From contig CALSSJ010000010.1 in NCBI GenBank assembly GCA_943788985.1, positions 96,001-160,000 of the forward strand: a stretch of DNA of 64,000 nucleotides, given 5' to 3'. The DNA comes from an uncultured Lentisphaerales bacterium. Lineage in GTDB: Bacteria; Verrucomicrobiota; Lentisphaeria; JABSQK01; UBA12247. How positions within the stretch are numbered: position 1 is the first letter of the stretch; the number at the start of each line of letters is the position of its first letter. Positions 44,328 to 54,801 of this stretch are shown here, one piece after another. A program made the position numbers and the translations under genes. The notes under the pieces are model-generated. The model was not told where the DNA came from and made no database searches. It worked only from the letters and a program-made list of their open reading frames with translations.

Positions 44328-45134
44328 ATGGCTATTACCGCCGCACAGGTAAAACAGCTCCGGGACAAGACCGGGGCTGGAATGATGGACTGTAAGAAAG
44401 CTCTCACCGCCGCAGACGGCGACTTTGAGCTCGCGATCGAGAATCTCCGCAAAGCCGGGATCGCCAAGGCTGCCAAGAAAGCAGACCGGGCCACCACGGA
44501 AGGTACGATCGTACTTCGCAGCGCTGACGGAGTTTCCGTAGCTGCAGAAGTGCTCTGCGAGACTGATTTTGTCGCCAAGAACGAGCGTTTTGTAGACTAT
44601 TGCCAAGCGTTGCTTGACCGAATCGTCTCGGACCATAGCGAAGACGGTGAGATTGGCGAGGCCGTACGTGCTGCCGAGACCGAGCGCATTGGCGCTCTTG
44701 TCACCAACGTCGGTGAGAACATCCAGATTCGCCGAGTTGCACGCTGGAATACGGACAGTGCAGGCACCTATTCCCATGGTGGGCGCATTGGCGTAGTCGT
44801 GGAGGGCACTGGCCTCAACGAAGAAACCGGGCGACAACTCGGAATGCAGATCGCAGCTGCCAACCCGACCTATATCACACCGGCCGACGTCCCAGCCGAG
44901 TTGATTGCGAAGGAAAAAGAGATTGCCGCAGCCCAGCCTGATTTGGCCAACAAGCCTGCGAACATCATCGACAAGATCCTGATCGGCAAGATCAGCAAGT
45001 GGTACACCGAAGTCTGCCTCACCAAGCAGCCTTGGATCCACGCAGAAGACAAGTCTTCCGTCGAGAAAGCACTCAAGGGCGTAACCATCAAGCGCTTCAT
45101 TCGCTGGTCCGTCGGCGAAGAACTGGAAGGCTAG
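44328..45134 (+). CDS. tsf: Translation elongation factor Ts
   Basis: [36 protein letters not shown]. Confidence 0.97.
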   Translation: MAITAAQVKQLRDKTGAGMMDCKKALTAADGDFELAIENLRKAGIAKAAKKADRATTEGTIVLRSADGVSVAAEVLCETDFVAKNERFVDYCQALLDRIVSDHSEDGEIGEAVRAAETERIGALVTNVGENIQIRRVARWNTDSAGTYSHGGRIGVVVEGTGLNEETGRQLGMQIAAANPTYITPADVPAELIAKEKEIAAAQPDLANKPANIIDKILIGKISKWYTEVCLTKQPWIHAEDKSSVEKALKGVTIKRFIRWSVGEELEG

Positions 45135-45139
45135 AAACT

Positions 45140-45865
45140 ATGAATGTCGCGAACTGCCGCCGTATTCTTCTTAAGCTCAGCGGTGAAGCGCTGCAAGGTG
45201 AGGCTGGTGGCGTTGACCCTGCGGCCACCTGTAAACTTGCTGTCGAAGTGAAGTACGCGGCGGATCGCGGTGTTCAAGTAGCCCTCGTCATTGGGGGTGG
45301 CAATATCTTTCGTGGCATGGCCGCATCCCGCAAGGGCATGGACCGCGTCACTGCGGATCACATGGGCATGCTCGCGACCGTGATCAACGCACTCGCCTTG
45401 CAGGATGCCCTTGAGGCCATTGGCGTGCCTACCCGGGTGCAGACCGCCATCCCCATGGACAAGATTGCAGAGCCCTACATTCGCGGCGTTGCCAACGGTC
45501 ACCTCGAGAAGGGCCGCGTCGTCATCTTCGCAGCCGGCATCGGCAACCCGTACTTCACCACCGATACCACGGCCGCTTTGCGGGCCAGCGAGATCGGTGC
45601 CGATGTCGTACTCAAGGCCACCAAGGTAGACGGCGTCTACAGCGCTGACCCAGTTACCAATCCTGATGCTGAGCGCTACTCGCACATCACCTACGAGCAA
45701 GCCATCAGTCGCCAGTTGCGCGTCATGGACATGACTGCCTTCACGCTCTGCATGGAGAATAGCATCCCCATTATCGTCTTCAACTTCCATCGTGAAGACG
45801 GCCTCGAGCGCATCTTCGACGGCGACTTCAGCCAGGCCACCATGGTGGACGGCGAATCTTCCTGA
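45140..45865 (+). CDS. pyrH: UMP kinase
   Basis: [42 protein letters not shown]. Confidence 0.97.
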   Translation: MNVANCRRILLKLSGEALQGEAGGVDPAATCKLAVEVKYAADRGVQVALVIGGGNIFRGMAASRKGMDRVTADHMGMLATVINALALQDALEAIGVPTRVQTAIPMDKIAEPYIRGVANGHLEKGRVVIFAAGIGNPYFTTDTTAALRASEIGADVVLKATKVDGVYSADPVTNPDAERYSHITYEQAISRQLRVMDMTAFTLCMENSIPIIVFNFHREDGLERIFDGDFSQATMVDGESS

Positions 45866-45869
45866 CTTC

Positions 45870-46985
45870 GTGGGCGCGTACCTCGACAACGCCGCCTCCA
45901 CGCCCCTGCATCCCGAGTTGATTGCAGGATTTGCGGACTCCGCAAACCGCTTCTTTGTCAATCCCGCCTCCGCGTACCCACTCGGGCAGAGCGCCCGTCG
46001 TGAGCTGCTGCGTTGCGAGCAAGTGCTCCTCACCGCGCTCGGCATTCCCGCCGACGAAGCGCAGATCATCTGGACCAGCGGCGGAACCGAGGCGAACAAT
46101 CTCGCTCTTCGCAGCTTCTCCGACTCCGGCCCCATTGTCGTAAGCGCTGCCGAGCATTCCTCCGTCGGCGCTTTGCGTGAGGCCGTGGCTTGCCCCTGGC
46201 GTGTGGTCCCAATTGATGCCGCTGGATCACTGGATCTTGGCGAACTCTGCAACGCCTTGGACAGCACCGTCTCGCTCGTCTCGGTACATGCCGTGCAAAA
46301 CGAGACCGGCGCCCGTCAAGACACCGAGCAGATCGCTGCGATCATTCGCGAGCATGCGCCCCAGGCACGCCTCCATCATGACGCCGTGCAACTAGCTGGC
46401 AAGCTGCCACTGTCCTGGGCGGGCTTAGATATGCTGACGCTATCTGGGCACAAGCTACACGGCCCTGGCGGTGCCGGAGCGCTCATTGTACGCAAGGGTG
46501 TGTCGTTGACGCCGCAGATCCTCGGGGGCGAGCAGCAAGGCAATCTGCGCTCTGGGAGCATCGACGTGTGCGGAGTCCGCAATCTCGCCGAAGCCGTGCG
46601 GCTCACGGTGGAGAAAGCTGCGGACTTCGCAGTTTGCGAACTCCGCAATGCGCTGGTGGCTGGGCTCAGCGAGCTTTCGCTGCCAAACGGTCGCTCCGTG
46701 TTGCTGAATTCACCGCCCGACGGCAGCCCGTACATTGTCAACGCCAGTTTACCTGGCTACGAAGGCGCGGTGCTGGTGCGGATGCTTGGGATGGAGGGCA
46801 TCATGGTCGCTGCTGGCAGCGCCTGTTCGGCGGCAACACGCACGCCTAGCGCGGTCTTGCTGGCAATGGGGCGCAGCCACGAACAGGCCTTTGGAGCCCT
46901 GCGCTTCAGCTTTGGCATCCAGAGTACGCCTAGCGACGTCGAAGCCTGTCTGGCGGCCTTGCGCAAGCTCCTCAAGGACTACTGA
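45870..46985 (+). CDS. Cysteine desulfurase (IscS/NifS family)
   Basis: YLDNAAST, TSGGTEANN, HDAVQ, SGHK (PLP Lys), GSACS (catalytic Cys). Confidence 0.92.
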   Translation: MGAYLDNAASTPLHPELIAGFADSANRFFVNPASAYPLGQSARRELLRCEQVLLTALGIPADEAQIIWTSGGTEANNLALRSFSDSGPIVVSAAEHSSVGALREAVACPWRVVPIDAAGSLDLGELCNALDSTVSLVSVHAVQNETGARQDTEQIAAIIREHAPQARLHHDAVQLAGKLPLSWAGLDMLTLSGHKLHGPGGAGALIVRKGVSLTPQILGGEQQGNLRSGSIDVCGVRNLAEAVRLTVEKAADFAVCELRNALVAGLSELSLPNGRSVLLNSPPDGSPYIVNASLPGYEGAVLVRMLGMEGIMVAAGSACSAATRTPSAVLLAMGRSHEQAFGALRFSFGIQSTPSDVEACLAALRKLLKDY

Positions 46986-47097
46986 GCTACTGGGAGCGCA
47001 GGCGGATCGCCTGCTCCACCCCCAAATGCGAACTCCGCAACAAGGCACGGAAGGCCAACCACTGGTTCCCGTTCTTGATCGGCCCCAATTATCCTGG

Positions 47098-47352
47098 CTA
47101 GCGGTCAGCCCAACTGATCTGGAGAATCTTCACGTGCCGATCAGGCCAGTCGGTCCAGAAGTGGATGGCATACTTCTCGAAGACACAGACGTCCAAGAGT
47201 CTGCCCTGCGCATCGGCCGCTACGTAATCGGAGTGACGTTGCGGATACTCGCGGATGGCATGGAGTTGGCCGAGGATCGCCCGCCGCTGCTCCTTCGGCA
47301 GGTCATCCATAAACGCAAGCGCATCGATCTCGATGCGCTTGCGAAAGCTCAC
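47098..47352 (-). CDS. Putative RelE/ParE-like toxin
   Basis: 84 aa; ALAFMDDLPKEQRRAI helix and C-terminal beta strands (YAIHFW...VKILQI); overlaps the upstream small ORF. Confidence 0.55.
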   Translation of the reverse strand: MSFRKRIEIDALAFMDDLPKEQRRAILGQLHAIREYPQRHSDYVAADAQGRLLDVCVFEKYAIHFWTDWPDRHVKILQISWADR

Positions 47353-47558
47353 TCGCTGTCTTCTGCCAGGCCAAGACGCTTGTCTAAATCGTCGAGGTCC
47401 ACCCAGTTGGCTGGTGTGTTGTCGTCGATCTTGCCTGCCATACGTTGAGCATGCGCCCGGCGCTCTTCACTCTCTAACGCCAGCAACATGGCCAGGGCTT
47501 TGCGGCGTTCGCTAAGCGGAAGCGCCTGTAATTGTGGCGCGATATCGGCCAGAGCCAT
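47349..47558 (-). CDS. Putative addiction-module antitoxin
   Basis: MALADIAPQLQALPLSERRK...WVDLDDLDKRLG; small, acidic C-terminus, 4-bp overlap with the toxin-like ORF. Confidence 0.55.
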   Translation of the reverse strand: MALADIAPQLQALPLSERRKALAMLLALESEERRAHAQRMAGKIDDNTPANWVDLDDLDKRLGLAEDSE

Positions 47559-47982
47559 GGTCTTTCGTCTTTTTACCTGCGTGTCAGTACTCTCCAATAT
47601 CGTCGCCTTGGCTGCGGAAGCAGCTAGCAGTGCAAGAAAATCGGCGCGCCGGGGGAAATTACCGACGTCGACAGTCCCACTTGAGCCCCTGAAAGTCAAC
47701 CGCTGCACATTCTGGAAAATGCCCAGATGGGCGCTGCCATCGTGTCTTCTAGCACCACGAAGGACTCAAAGAGTACGAAGGTTTTAATCCGGGAAGGATT
47801 AATCCAATTTTTCTGTTGCGCTTGGTAGGGAGCAGCGTCACCAAGTTGCCACTAATTCGGGTCTGGGGCGCTTTTCAAGGATGGGGCCGAGATAATCCGG
47901 CCAGAACTTTGAGCTATGCGCGGACGCCGATCAAGTCAGTCAAGGGCAGCAGACCGTTGCCCGCTGGCGGCTTCGGTAGCGC

Positions 47983-48909
47983 CTAGCGGTTCGACAACTG
48001 TACTTGTAGCGCCTCTACCTTGAACCCTGACCGCTGGGCGGTAAGCCCCAATCTAAATGGTGGTTGGGCCGAGAAGCGACCGGAAATGCGAACACCATTC
48101 ACCTCGGCAACCAGTAGGCCGTCACTGGCGGTGATCGTGAGCTTAAATTGTGTAGTTAAGTCCAAGGCCAGCGAACTCGCGCTAGCGACTAACTCCTCTG
48201 CGGATACGTCGTAGATCGTAAATGGCAGGTCATCGTTAATCGCCACGAAGTACGATTGACCATTTGCCCCGGTGATTGAGACGCCCTTTCCGTCCGACTC
48301 ACCAAGCCCCAGAAGCCCTATCTCTCCTCGTAGCCTGAACCAGCGAGGGATACGATTTTTATATTCTAAGGACGAAGTTTTTGAGCTATTGGCGCGAGCA
48401 ATCCTTCCTTTCCGAACGTGCCAGTCTTTGTCCCCGTCTGGCTGCTTCCACTTGGTGGCACGGTCGAGTAAATCCACAGTCTTTTGGTCTTTTTTCTCTT
48501 TCACTCTTGGCGGCTCTTCTGGATCTCCCGTGGGCACCTTTGAGTGTTTTGAGGGTTTTTCGCCAAAGAGGGCCGCCGCCGCTGCGCACTCGCGACGCGC
48601 AGCTTCCGCTCCATCTAGGTCACCTTCACGCACAAGTGACCATTCAATATTAAGGAGCTCCGTCTGGTACTCTTTTAGGATCCGGCTGCGCCTTTCGCGA
48701 TCATGCTGTTCGAGATCCTGACTCGATTCCCGGAATGTACCGCGTGCTGAAACAACTTCTTTAAGAAGCGAAGCGGGTGCGCCATTCATGCTTCGGCTGG
48801 CCTCAAGACGTGCAATCTCGGCCAGAAGTTCCTTTGTCGCCCCCAGACTTCCAGTTTGCTGGTAGTGCGTACGTAGACGCTCTAGTTCCTCGAGATACTG
48901 CTGGACCAC
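47983..48909 (-). CDS. Hypothetical protein (coiled region plus beta-sandwich), N-terminus uncertain
   Basis: 308-aa ORF, more AT-rich than neighbouring genes; no firm motif. Confidence 0.55.
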   Translation of the reverse strand: MVQQYLEELERLRTHYQQTGSLGATKELLAEIARLEASRSMNGAPASLLKEVVSARGTFRESSQDLEQHDRERRSRILKEYQTELLNIEWSLVREGDLDGAEAARRECAAAAALFGEKPSKHSKVPTGDPEEPPRVKEKKDQKTVDLLDRATKWKQPDGDKDWHVRKGRIARANSSKTSSLEYKNRIPRWFRLRGEIGLLGLGESDGKGVSITGANGQSYFVAINDDLPFTIYDVSAEELVASASSLALDLTTQFKLTITASDGLLVAEVNGVRISGRFSAQPPFRLGLTAQRSGFKVEALQVQLSNR

Positions 48910-49334
48910 CTTGGCTTGATCAGCACGCCCCCTTTCTTCTGAACCGGCCAGCCTCTGCTCCTAGCTATTCCGCAGCGCCGCAATTCCGCCCTGCTGAGCA
49001 GATACCGAAATGCATGCAATCAGGACACTACTAATGATTCTTGTCCAGCGGTTGTTCATGGTGAGCTCGTAATGCGTAAGAAGGAAAATGTCCAGGGGGT
49101 TTGCAACCTATTCTCGGTTGGCGAGGTCGTATCCGAGGTAGGTAGGTTGGAGAAATAGCCATCGGTGGCTGCGTCGATATCTGCCGTGTAATGGCGGAGC
49201 TTGATGACGTCGATGCCGCTGCGCTGTATGCGGTACCAGGCTGGACGGTGAGGCGCAGGTCCCATCTGCTGTGGACAAGGCAGCTGGGCGCTGAGGTCAA
49301 CGGGAAGAGAACAATTGGGTGCCCGACTACTGAG

Positions 49335-51905
49335 CTACGATTGCCGCAGCGCATCGAGCGCAGTGCGGCGGTAGACCTGGACGCTCTGGAGAGCGCCGAT
49401 GGTCAGAGTGAGGCAGACGATGCCGAGAAAGCCGACTGCCGCGCTTGCCCAGCCCGCTGAAAACGGCGTCTCGAAGACAAACAGAGCGAGGCAGCAGGTG
49501 GCAACGAGTGCCTGGCCGATCCCGACGCTCGCGGCGATCGCTCCCACACTGGCAAACTCAGTGGCCATGATCCACAGGATTTGGCGGCGCGAGGCACCGA
49601 CGGATTTGAGCAACACACTCTCGCGCAGGCGTTCCTCGCGCGTGGCCCACAGCGAGGCGCTCAGGACTAGCAGCCCGGTGACCATCGAGAAGCCCGCCAT
49701 GAAGCGAATGGCAAAGGTAATGTTGTCCATGATTCCGCCGAGTGACTTCACGATCAGCGAGAGATCCACCGCGGAAACAGTCGGGTAAGCGGTGACGACC
49801 GCGTGCTGCAGCGTTGCGGACTTCGCAACATCCGGCGCATGGAGCGCCAAGACGTTCGAGTGCGGGGCTTCCTCAAGGACGCCGTTGGGAAAGACGAAGA
49901 AGAAGTTCGGCTGGACCCGATACCAATCGACGATGCGGACTCCGCAAATGACGGTCTCCATCTGCAGCCCCTGGACGTTGAAGGTGACGCTGTCACCGAG
50001 CTTGATCTTCAGGTCTTCTGCGATCCCTTCCTCGATCGTGACTGGAACCGGGCCGTCGTCGAGGCTCGCATGGTTCGGCATGGTCCCCTCTGAGAGTGAC
50101 TCCGAGTCCACCAGTGCGCCGCGATAGGTAGAGCGATATTCGCGGCGCAGCGTCCAGCCCGGGACGCGCTTGCCGCGGGGCAGCTGCTGGTTGGCGTCGC
50201 GAAGCTCCTTCACGGAGCGACCATTGATTGACTCGATCCGCATCGAAACCAGCGGCACCCGGTCATTGATCTCAATGTTGTGGGTGCTTACAAGCTCTTC
50301 GACACCCTCGAGCTGATGCGGCTGAATGTCGAACAAGACGAGGTTGGGGCCGTTGCGATCGTCGCTGCGCTCGAGTTGATCGAGGATTTGGTGCTGACTG
50401 AAGTGCAACGTGGCCAGCAGGAACGAGCCGAGGCCGATGGCCAGGATCAAAACCAGGGTCTGGTTGCCGGGACGATAGAGATTGCGCAGTCCCTGACGGA
50501 TCGGGTACGGCAGCCCACGTACAATCAGGCGCTTGACCACGGCCAATGTGGTCCAGCCGAATAAGCTGAGTAGCCCGACTGCGAGGAGGAGACAGCCAGA
50601 CATCGCAAAGCCATGTAGCCGATTCGGGGCGGTCAGGCCACCGGCAATCACGACGATGGCCACCAGCAGCCCGTACACAGGCCAGCGCCACGGATCCTTG
50701 GGCAGCTCGCCCGCCTCGGGTCGCAAGGCCGCTAGCGGTGAGACCAGGCGAATCCGGATCAGCGGCGGGATCGCGAATAGAGTCGTCCCAATCACACCGG
50801 CGGCAAGGCCGAGGCTTGCTGCCTGCCATGAGAAGGTGGGGGTCAACTCCAGCGGCATCAGCTCGCCGAATACGGCCGGTAGTGCCAGCTGAAGTATACT
50901 GCCCAAGATTGCGCCGGCCAGCCCTCCGAGCACGCCGAGGCCAATCGCCTGAGCGACAAACACAGCGGTAGTCTGGGCGATGGTCCCGCCGAGGCAGCGC
51001 AAGACTGCGATCTCCGCAATCTTACTCCTGACGTGCACGTGAACCGCGGTCCCAATCCCGATTCCTGCCAGCAGCAAGGCGGCGAAGGCCACCAGGTTTA
51101 GAAACTGATAGAGCCGGTCCAGCCGTCTGCCGATCTTGGCTCGGCGAGTTTGGACGGTGTCCCAGGCGACGCCATGCTCGGCTTCCCACGCCTTGGCCTG
51201 CTCGGCGATCGCCGGCAGTTGCTCGGGAGAGGTGAGTTTCAGAAACCTGCGACGGAATACCCGGCTGCCGAAGCGTAGCAGCCCAGTGCCCTGGACCAAG
51301 TCGCCATGGATCAAGACGCGGGGCGCGAATTGTGACATGACCACGGTTTCGCCCGGCATGGCGGTCAGGCTAGCAATGACTTCGAAGCGCTGCTCGCCCA
51401 GCACCATTTCGTCGCCCTGCTGGATTCCTAGCTGCAGCATCAAGCTGCTCTCGAGGATGGCCACGGGGGCCCCGGAGCGAAAGCGTTGCGCGGCCTCCGG
51501 TGGCTCGGTTTCGATCTCGCCGTAGAACGGGAACCCGCCCTCGATGCCACGGACGGCTACCAGGCGCGTCTGATCGTGGCGCGGAAATCGCGCCATGTTG
51601 AAGAAGCGGGTCTCGGTGGCGAACTCCGCAGCTGGCACCTTGCGCAGATAGTCGTCGATCTCGGCCGGAAACTCACCGCGGGAGCGCACGACCAGATCCG
51701 CGCCAAGCAGCGACTTGGCCTGCTGGTCAATAGCACGCGTGACATCGCGCCAGAACGCCTGCAGGGAGACCAGCGCTGCAACGCCCACGGCAATGGACGA
51801 GAGATAGAGCAGCAAACGCCGGCGCTGGCCGCGCGAATCACGCCAGGCAAGGCCCCAGGTATACGGCTGGAACAGGCGTCGCAGCAACGCCCAGAAGAGG
51901 CTCAT
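49335..51905 (-). CDS. ABC transporter permease, YbbP/FtsX-like
   Basis: LAWRDSR, LLGADL, IAVLRCLG, PNLVLFDIQP, LRREYRSTYR, PNFFFVF; duplicated FtsX architecture. Confidence 0.92.
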   Translation of the reverse strand: MSLFWALLRRLFQPYTWGLAWRDSRGQRRRLLLYLSSIAVGVAALVSLQAFWRDVTRAIDQQAKSLLGADLVVRSRGEFPAEIDDYLRKVPAAEFATETRFFNMARFPRHDQTRLVAVRGIEGGFPFYGEIETEPPEAAQRFRSGAPVAILESSLMLQLGIQQGDEMVLGEQRFEVIASLTAMPGETVVMSQFAPRVLIHGDLVQGTGLLRFGSRVFRRRFLKLTSPEQLPAIAEQAKAWEAEHGVAWDTVQTRRAKIGRRLDRLYQFLNLVAFAALLLAGIGIGTAVHVHVRSKIAEIAVLRCLGGTIAQTTAVFVAQAIGLGVLGGLAGAILGSILQLALPAVFGELMPLELTPTFSWQAASLGLAAGVIGTTLFAIPPLIRIRLVSPLAALRPEAGELPKDPWRWPVYGLLVAIVVIAGGLTAPNRLHGFAMSGCLLLAVGLLSLFGWTTLAVVKRLIVRGLPYPIRQGLRNLYRPGNQTLVLILAIGLGSFLLATLHFSQHQILDQLERSDDRNGPNLVLFDIQPHQLEGVEELVSTHNIEINDRVPLVSMRIESINGRSVKELRDANQQLPRGKRVPGWTLRREYRSTYRGALVDSESLSEGTMPNHASLDDGPVPVTIEEGIAEDLKIKLGDSVTFNVQGLQMETVICGVRIVDWYRVQPNFFFVFPNGVLEEAPHSNVLALHAPDVAKSATLQHAVVTAYPTVSAVDLSLIVKSLGGIMDNITFAIRFMAGFSMVTGLLVLSASLWATREERLRESVLLKSVGASRRQILWIMATEFASVGAIAASVGIGQALVATCCLALFVFETPFSAGWASAAVGFLGIVCLTLTIGALQSVQVYRRTALDALRQS

Positions 51906-51912
51906 GCGTGCC

Positions 51913-53274
51913 TCACAAGGTGATACCGTACTTCTCGATCTTGCGGATGATGGTCCGCCGGCTCAGGCCGAGCTGTTTGGCGGCGCGGGTTCGATTGCCG
52001 TCGTGGGCAATGAGCGCGCGCTCGATCAGCAGCCTTTCGTTCTCATCGTGCGTGAGTGGCGTGCCAGTGGCAACGGCGGCAGTCGCGCCGGGATTGTAGG
52101 ACACGCGGATCTGCTCGGGGACGTCGGCCAGCGAGATGAGCTCAGTTCGCGTCATCACGACCATGCGCTCGACGGCGTTGCGGAGTTCGCGCACGTTCCC
52201 GGGCCAGTGATAGGCCACCATGGCGTCGACTACATCCGGGGCGAAGCCATGAATCGGCTTCTGGTTCTCAGCCATGTACTGCTTCAGAAAGAAGTCCAAA
52301 AGCAAGGGAACGTCCTCACGGCGGTCACGAAGCGGGGGCATGTGCAGATTGATTACGTCGAGCCGAAAGTACAGATCCTCGCGAAACTTCCCTTCGTCCA
52401 CCAGCTGGCGCAGGTTGCGGTTTGTCGCGGCGATTAGGCGCACGTCCAACTGGACGGGGCTGGAGCCGCCGACACGCTCGAAGGAACGCGACTCCAAGAC
52501 GCGCAGCAGAGTCACCTGCACGGATTGCTCGATCTCGCCAATTTCATCGAGGAAGACGGTACCGCCGTCGGCTGCTTCGAGCCGTCCGGCGCGGCGCTCG
52601 TGTGCGTTGGTGAAGGCTCCTTTCTCGTGGCCGAACAGTTCGCTTTGGAGCAGTGAGGGCGCGAGGGCGGCGCAGTGAATCGCCGCGAAGGGCTTGTCGG
52701 CGCGATCGCTCAATTGGTGAATCGCGCGTGCAACCACTTCCTTACCGGTGCCGTTCTCTCCGGTCAACAGAATCGTGCTTCGCGCGGGGGCCACTTGCTC
52801 CACAGTGTCGAGCATCTTCTGCATGGCTGGCGAGCGCCCGATGATGTTCTCGAACGCGTACTGATTCGCCAGCTCCTGCTTGAGACGCCTGTTCTCGGTA
52901 CGCAGACTGCGCTGCTCGAGATTGCGGGACAGGACCAGCTCAAGATCATCCAGATTGATCGGCTTGGTGATGTAGTCCGCAGCTCCGGCCTTTACGGCGG
53001 CCACTGCGGTGTCGATCGAGCCATAGGCGGTCATGACGATGCAGGTGGGCGGATTGGCCATAGTGGCGACTCGTTGGACAAAGGAGATGCCGTCCAGCTC
53101 CGGCATTCGCATGTCGGTGAGCACAAGATCGAAGCTGTTCTCTAAGACCATGTCCAGGGCGCGCGCGCCATTGTCCGCCAGAAACACTTCATACACTGGG
53201 CTCAGCGCTCGGCGGAGGCCTTCGCGCGTGTTGCGTTCATCGTCGGCGATCAGCAGGGATGGTTTCCGGGACAT
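51913..53274 (-). CDS. Sigma54-dependent response regulator (NtrC/AtoC family)
   Basis: REC domain (ADDE, DMRMP), GENGTGKE, GAFTNA, FLDEIGE, WPGNVREL, Fis HTH. Confidence 0.95.
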   Translation of the reverse strand: MSRKPSLLIADDERNTREGLRRALSPVYEVFLADNGARALDMVLENSFDLVLTDMRMPELDGISFVQRVATMANPPTCIVMTAYGSIDTAVAAVKAGAADYITKPINLDDLELVLSRNLEQRSLRTENRRLKQELANQYAFENIIGRSPAMQKMLDTVEQVAPARSTILLTGENGTGKEVVARAIHQLSDRADKPFAAIHCAALAPSLLQSELFGHEKGAFTNAHERRAGRLEAADGGTVFLDEIGEIEQSVQVTLLRVLESRSFERVGGSSPVQLDVRLIAATNRNLRQLVDEGKFREDLYFRLDVINLHMPPLRDRREDVPLLLDFFLKQYMAENQKPIHGFAPDVVDAMVAYHWPGNVRELRNAVERMVVMTRTELISLADVPEQIRVSYNPGATAAVATGTPLTHDENERLLIERALIAHDGNRTRAAKQLGLSRRTIIRKIEKYGITL

Positions 53275-53355
53275 GGCACTCCTCTCCAAGTTTTGCGAAC
53301 TCCGCAAACACTACGCTAATACGAAACTGTGTCAAATAGGCACAGTGGTCGAGTT

Positions 53356-54738
53356 CTATTTCGGGAGCATGCTCTCCACTAGCTCGTCTGCCTGTTGAAT
53401 GCAACTCGGGATGCCAATGCCGCGATAGCAGCAGCCGGTGAGATGGAGGCCGGGCGTATCGGAGACGGATTCCTCAATACGATCGATCCGGTCGAGGTGG
53501 CCGACGTCATACTGCGGGTTGGCAGAGATCCAGCGTGAAATCGCGGTATGCTCGGGGTGGGTGCGCAGCTGGAGGCGGTCACGCAGCTCGAAGAGGGCGA
53601 GCGCGATCAACTCGTCATCGGTCTGGGCAACCAGATGCTCGTTGGCTGCGCCACCGATAAAGACGCGCAGGAGGATGTGGCTGTCGGGCGAACGGTTGGA
53701 GAACTTGCTGGAGGTCCAGGTGCAGGCAAGCAACTGGCAGCGTTCGGTGGCGGGGACGATAAAGCCGTAGCCATCTAGCTCGCGACCTACGTCCTCGCGT
53801 CGGAATGCGAGCGAGACGGTGGCGGTACTGACGAACCGGATCTTTCGCAGCAGGTCGGACAGGTAGGGCCAGTTCCTCTGCAAAATTACCGCGGAAACGT
53901 TGGCAGGGGTAGCCAGGACAACAGCACCCGTTTTGTGCACGGCGCCGCTGTGCTCAAGCACTTGGAATGTGCTATTCCGGCGGCTGATAGACCGTACGGA
54001 GGCGTTGTAGCGCACGTCATCGAGCCTTGGCTCTAGGGCTTCGATCAGGCTTTGCATGCCGCCTTTGAGACTTACGAACATGGGCTTAGACGGACCCTTG
54101 CTCGCACTGGCCAGACGGGCGAACCCGCGGATCAGGCTGCCGTTTTCTTCCATGGCTAGAAACTGCGGAAAGGTGGCCCGCATACTCATCAGCTCAGGGT
54201 CGGCGACGTAGATGCCAGCCATCATTGGCCCGGCAATGCGATCGAGTGCTTCCTGGCCAAAACGACGGCGCACAAACTCGCCCAAGCTCTCGTCGCTGCC
54301 CTCTGCCAATGGGGCGGCGAACAGGTCGCGCAGCATGGCCATCTTGCCGGGCCAGCTCAGCAAGCGATCGCGCAGCAGCGAGCGAAGGCCGGTGGGGACA
54401 GTTAGGCGGAAGCCGGGGGCCAGCGGGATCAGGCGATCGTTCTGGAGGACGTAGACTTTGCGAATATCCGGGTTGGCGGGGATGATTTCATCGCCGAGCC
54501 CGAGTTCTTTGATCAGGCCGACTCCGGCTGGATACTGGGAGATGATGGCGTCTGGCCCCCCTTCGCAGACGAACTCGTCGGAACGATGGGTGACGATCTT
54601 TCCGCCGGCACGCGGCGAGGCTTCAAGAACGCGGACGCGAAGGTCTGGCGCGCGTTGTTTCAGGAACCAGGCCGTAGAGAGTCCGCTGATCCCTGCTCCG
54701 ACAATGAGAACATCTGTGTCTATAGGTCGTTGCTGCAT
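53356..54738 (-). CDS. hemG: Protoporphyrinogen/coproporphyrinogen oxidase (HemY type)
   Basis: VGAGISGL, EGGPD, AGIY, CTWTSSKF, PQYDVGH, GIGIPSCI. Confidence 0.92.
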   Translation of the reverse strand: MQQRPIDTDVLIVGAGISGLSTAWFLKQRAPDLRVRVLEASPRAGGKIVTHRSDEFVCEGGPDAIISQYPAGVGLIKELGLGDEIIPANPDIRKVYVLQNDRLIPLAPGFRLTVPTGLRSLLRDRLLSWPGKMAMLRDLFAAPLAEGSDESLGEFVRRRFGQEALDRIAGPMMAGIYVADPELMSMRATFPQFLAMEENGSLIRGFARLASASKGPSKPMFVSLKGGMQSLIEALEPRLDDVRYNASVRSISRRNSTFQVLEHSGAVHKTGAVVLATPANVSAVILQRNWPYLSDLLRKIRFVSTATVSLAFRREDVGRELDGYGFIVPATERCQLLACTWTSSKFSNRSPDSHILLRVFIGGAANEHLVAQTDDELIALALFELRDRLQLRTHPEHTAISRWISANPQYDVGHLDRIDRIEESVSDTPGLHLTGCCYRGIGIPSCIQQADELVESMLPK

Positions 54739-54801
54739 GGCGCCGCTTGATCATGTGCCGTTCGTCGAATACGACACGGTACATCAAGTCGTATAAATTG
54801 A

